Assembly (NCBI RefSeq): GCF_947166265.1
Contig: NZ_CAMVDO010000018.1
Span: 1,093-65,092 of the forward strand
From: an uncultured Fibrobacter sp.
GTDB taxonomy: Bacteria; Fibrobacterota; Fibrobacteria; Fibrobacterales; Fibrobacteraceae
DNA length: 64,000 bases
Direction: 5' to 3'
A program made the position numbers and the translations under genes. Below are positions 61,465-64,000 of this stretch, piece by piece. The number at the start of each line of letters is the position of its first letter. Within the stretch, counting starts at the first letter, position 1. The notes beneath the pieces are model-generated. The model searched no databases and was not told where the DNA came from. It saw only the letters and a list, made by a program, of their open reading frames with translations.

Positions 61465-63377
61465 TATTTGTAGCTCCTAGTAGCGAGGTGGACGTTATCA
61501 AAGGTAAGAGGTTCCTTGGAAAGTTCCGGTGCGACACCGTCGCCCTTGTATTCCCAGGCACCCACGTAGCAGAAGTTCTCGTCGTCGCGCTTGGCTTCGC
61601 CTTCCGGAGTCTGGCTTTCTTCGCGGAAGTGGCCGCCGCAAGATTCCTTGCGGTGCAGGGCGTCGAGAGTGAGGACTTCGGCGAATTCGAGGAAGTCAGC
61701 CACGCGGCCGGCACGTTCGAGGTTCTGGTTGAAGGAACCTTCGGAGCCGAGCACGTTGACGTTTTCCCAGAATTCGGCACGGAGGGCCGGAATCTTCTCG
61801 AGAGCGGTCTTCAGGCCGGCCTCGTTACGGGCCATGCCCACGTATTCCCACATGATGTTACCGAGTTCACGATGGATATCGTTAACAGTGCGGTGACCCT
61901 TGATGGAGAGGAGCTTGTGGATGCGTTCTTCGGTCTGCTTCTTGCAGTCTTCGAACGCGGCATCGGATTCGGAAACCTTCTCGAGCTTGGTGCCCGCGAA
62001 GTAGCCGCCGATGGTGAACGGAATGACGAAGTAACCGTCGGAGAGGCCCTGCATCAAAGCAGATGCGCCGAGGCGGTTTGCACCGTGGTCGGAGAAGTTG
62101 GCTTCACCGAGAACGAAGCAGCCCGGAATCGTGGACATCAGATCGTAGTCCACCCAGAGGCCGCCCATGGTGTAGTGGATGGCCGGGAAGATACGCATCG
62201 GGACCTTGTACGGGTCTTCGTCGGTAATCTTTTCGTACATCTGGAAGAGGTTGCCGTACTTGGCAGACACACCTGCAACGCCCATGCGCTGGATAGCGTC
62301 GGCGAAGTCGAGGTACACAGCCTGCTTGGTGTTACCCACGCCGAGACCTGCGTCGCAGACCTGCTTGGCGTTACGGGATGCCACGTCACGCGGAACGAGG
62401 TTACCGAAGCTCGGGTACTTTTCTTCGAGGTAGTAGTAACGTTCTTCTTCCGGAATCTGGTCCGGGCTGCGGGTGTCGCCAGCCTTGCGCGGAACCCAGA
62501 TACGGCCGTCGTTACGGAGAGATTCGCTCATCAAGGTGAGCTTGGACTGCAGGTCGCCGTGGCGAGGAATGCAAGTCGGGTGAATCTGCGTGTAGCAGGG
62601 GTTAGCGAACAGAGCGCCGCGCTTGTAGGCACGGAAAGCAGCCGTCACGTTAGAGCCCTGGGCGTTGGTAGAAAGGTAGTAGACGTTACCGTAACCACCG
62701 GTGCAAAGGCACACAGCGTCACCCACGTGGCTTTCAAGTTCGCCAGTGATGAGGTTACGGACGATGATACCGCGAGCCTTGCCGTCGATCACGACGAGGT
62801 CCATCATTTCGCGGCGGGGGAACATCTTCACCTTACCGGCGGCAACCTGGCGCATGAGAGCCTGGTAGGCACCGAGCAAGAGCTGCTGACCCGTCTGACC
62901 GCGAGCGTAGAACGTACGGGAAACCTGCGTACCACCGAAGGAACGGTTGTCGAGGAGGCCACCGTATTCACGACCGAACGGAACGCCCTGAGCGACGCAC
63001 TGGTCGATGATGAGGTTGGAGTTTTCAGCCAAGCGGTGCACGTTGGCTTCGCGAGCGCGGAAGTCACCGCCCTTCACGGTATCGTAGAACAGACGGTAAA
63101 CGGAGTCGCCGTCGTTCTTGTAGTTCTTGGCAGCGTTGATACCACCCTGGGCAGCAATGGAGTGTGCGCGACGGGGGCTATCCTGGATGCAGAAAGACTT
63201 GACGTTGTAACCAAGTTCGGCGAGGGATGCAGCGGCAGAAGCACCGGCAAGGCCAGTACCCACCACGATCACCGTGAACTTACGCTTGTTGGCGGGGTTC
63301 ACGAGCTTGAGTTCGAACTTATGCTTGGTCCACTTTTCTTCGATGGAACCACCGGGGATTTTAGAATCAAGAATCAT
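61464..63377 (-). CDS. sdhA: Succinate dehydrogenase/fumarate reductase flavoprotein subunit
   Basis: [60 protein letters not shown]. Confidence 0.97.
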   Translation of the reverse strand: MILDSKIPGGSIEEKWTKHKFELKLVNPANKRKFTVIVVGTGLAGASAAASLAELGYNVKSFCIQDSPRRAHSIAAQGGINAAKNYKNDGDSVYRLFYDTVKGGDFRAREANVHRLAENSNLIIDQCVAQGVPFGREYGGLLDNRSFGGTQVSRTFYARGQTGQQLLLGAYQALMRQVAAGKVKMFPRREMMDLVVIDGKARGIIVRNLITGELESHVGDAVCLCTGGYGNVYYLSTNAQGSNVTAAFRAYKRGALFANPCYTQIHPTCIPRHGDLQSKLTLMSESLRNDGRIWVPRKAGDTRSPDQIPEEERYYYLEEKYPSFGNLVPRDVASRNAKQVCDAGLGVGNTKQAVYLDFADAIQRMGVAGVSAKYGNLFQMYEKITDEDPYKVPMRIFPAIHYTMGGLWVDYDLMSTIPGCFVLGEANFSDHGANRLGASALMQGLSDGYFVIPFTIGGYFAGTKLEKVSESDAAFEDCKKQTEERIHKLLSIKGHRTVNDIHRELGNIMWEYVGMARNEAGLKTALEKIPALRAEFWENVNVLGSEGSFNQNLERAGRVADFLEFAEVLTLDALHRKESCGGHFREESQTPEGEAKRDDENFCYVGAWEYKGDGVAPELSKEPLTFDNVHLATRSYK

Positions 63378-63388
63378 TAGTGGTCTCC

Positions 63389-64000
63389 TTAAATTTCAGC
63401 GTTAAAAGAAACTTCTACTTCGCCAACAGAAGGAATCACGAAGGCGGTCTTGGCGGCAGCCTTTTCCTTCTGCTGCTGTTCGTACTGCGGCTGGAGGCTA
63501 CGAGACTTTTCAATCAGAGCCTGCGTACCCGGCTGGTTGCCGAGGTAGAAAGCGGCAACAGCGGTGATACCGAAGCCGAGGGCAACGATAACGCTGTAAG
63601 CGATACCGGCGATATCGATAATCGGGGTCCACTTCTGGTGAGCGATACCCATGGTCTGGAAAGCAGAAGAAATAGCGTGGAAGAGGTGCATACCGATCAC
63701 GAACATGCTAACCACGTAGAAAGCAGCCCAAGCCGGGTTTGCAAACATCTGGATGGTGGTGAGCCACATGTCGCGGACGATTTCGCCCTTGTCGTTCATG
63801 TAGAGGTAGTGTTCGCCGAACTTGAGCATCATGAGGTGCTGCACGAGGAACACGAGAATAAAGAGACCGGACCAGATCATGGTGAAGGTTGCGAAAGTCT
63901 TCTTACCCTTGCGAGCATTGATTTCGTAATCGATGCCACCGCGAGCCTTCTTGTTTTCAATCTTCAGCGTAACGGCGAGGAAGATATGAATAGCGAAGGC
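63389..64000 (-). CDS. sdhC: Succinate dehydrogenase/fumarate reductase cytochrome b subunit (5' end beyond window)
   Basis: Frame stays open to 64000 ([19 protein letters not shown]...TMIWSG..FLVQHL...[15 protein letters not shown]). Confidence 0.92.
   Translation of the reverse strand, partial: AFAIHIFLAVTLKIENKKARGGIDYEINARKGKKTFATFTMIWSGLFILVFLVQHLMMLKFGEHYLYMNDKGEIVRDMWLTTIQMFANPAWAAFYVVSMFVIGMHLFHAISSAFQTMGIAHQKWTPIIDIAGIAYSVIVALGFGITAVAAFYLGNQPGTQALIEKSRSLQPQYEQQQKEKAAAKTAFVIPSVGEVEVSFNAEI

Noticed and set aside
60613-63380. 286-aa and 630-aa plus-strand ORFs
   Set aside because: Antisense shadows of sdhB and sdhA.

Overview
Chromosomal segment, most likely from a Fibrobacter species (inferred from 13 Fib_succ_major/FISUMP lipoprotein genes, a TIGR02147-family gene and Fibrobacter-style C-terminal sorting domains). 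Core genes: GH2, RidA family, HD protein, mutS, scpB, proB, rapA, RDD, nfeD-floA, a polar amino-acid ABC transporter and sdhCAB/frdCAB. These are interleaved with accessory DNA. The main accessory block (about 9.9-33.7 kb) holds 11 FISUMP lipoprotein genes that are patchworks of near-identical 125-300 bp DNA blocks shared in different combinations. It also holds two ATPase-nuclease genes, a DinD-RhuM fusion and a TIGR02147 gene. Five promoter regions in the block share an uncharacterised 23-bp palindrome (ATATGWCWCA-N3-YGMGACATAT). The block is bracketed by two alleles of the scpB 3' end. A second FISUMP plus toxin-antitoxin cassette (58.5-60.7 kb) is bracketed by two alleles of sdhB, one now a pseudogene. 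In both pairs the substitutions are almost all synonymous, so functional alleles from different lineages seem to have been brought together. Two FISUMP signal peptides are encoded by REP-like palindromes. No integrase, transposase, reverse transcriptase, CRISPR array, tRNA or rRNA was recognised. All alignments and counts are manual; family names come from motif recognition, not database searches.
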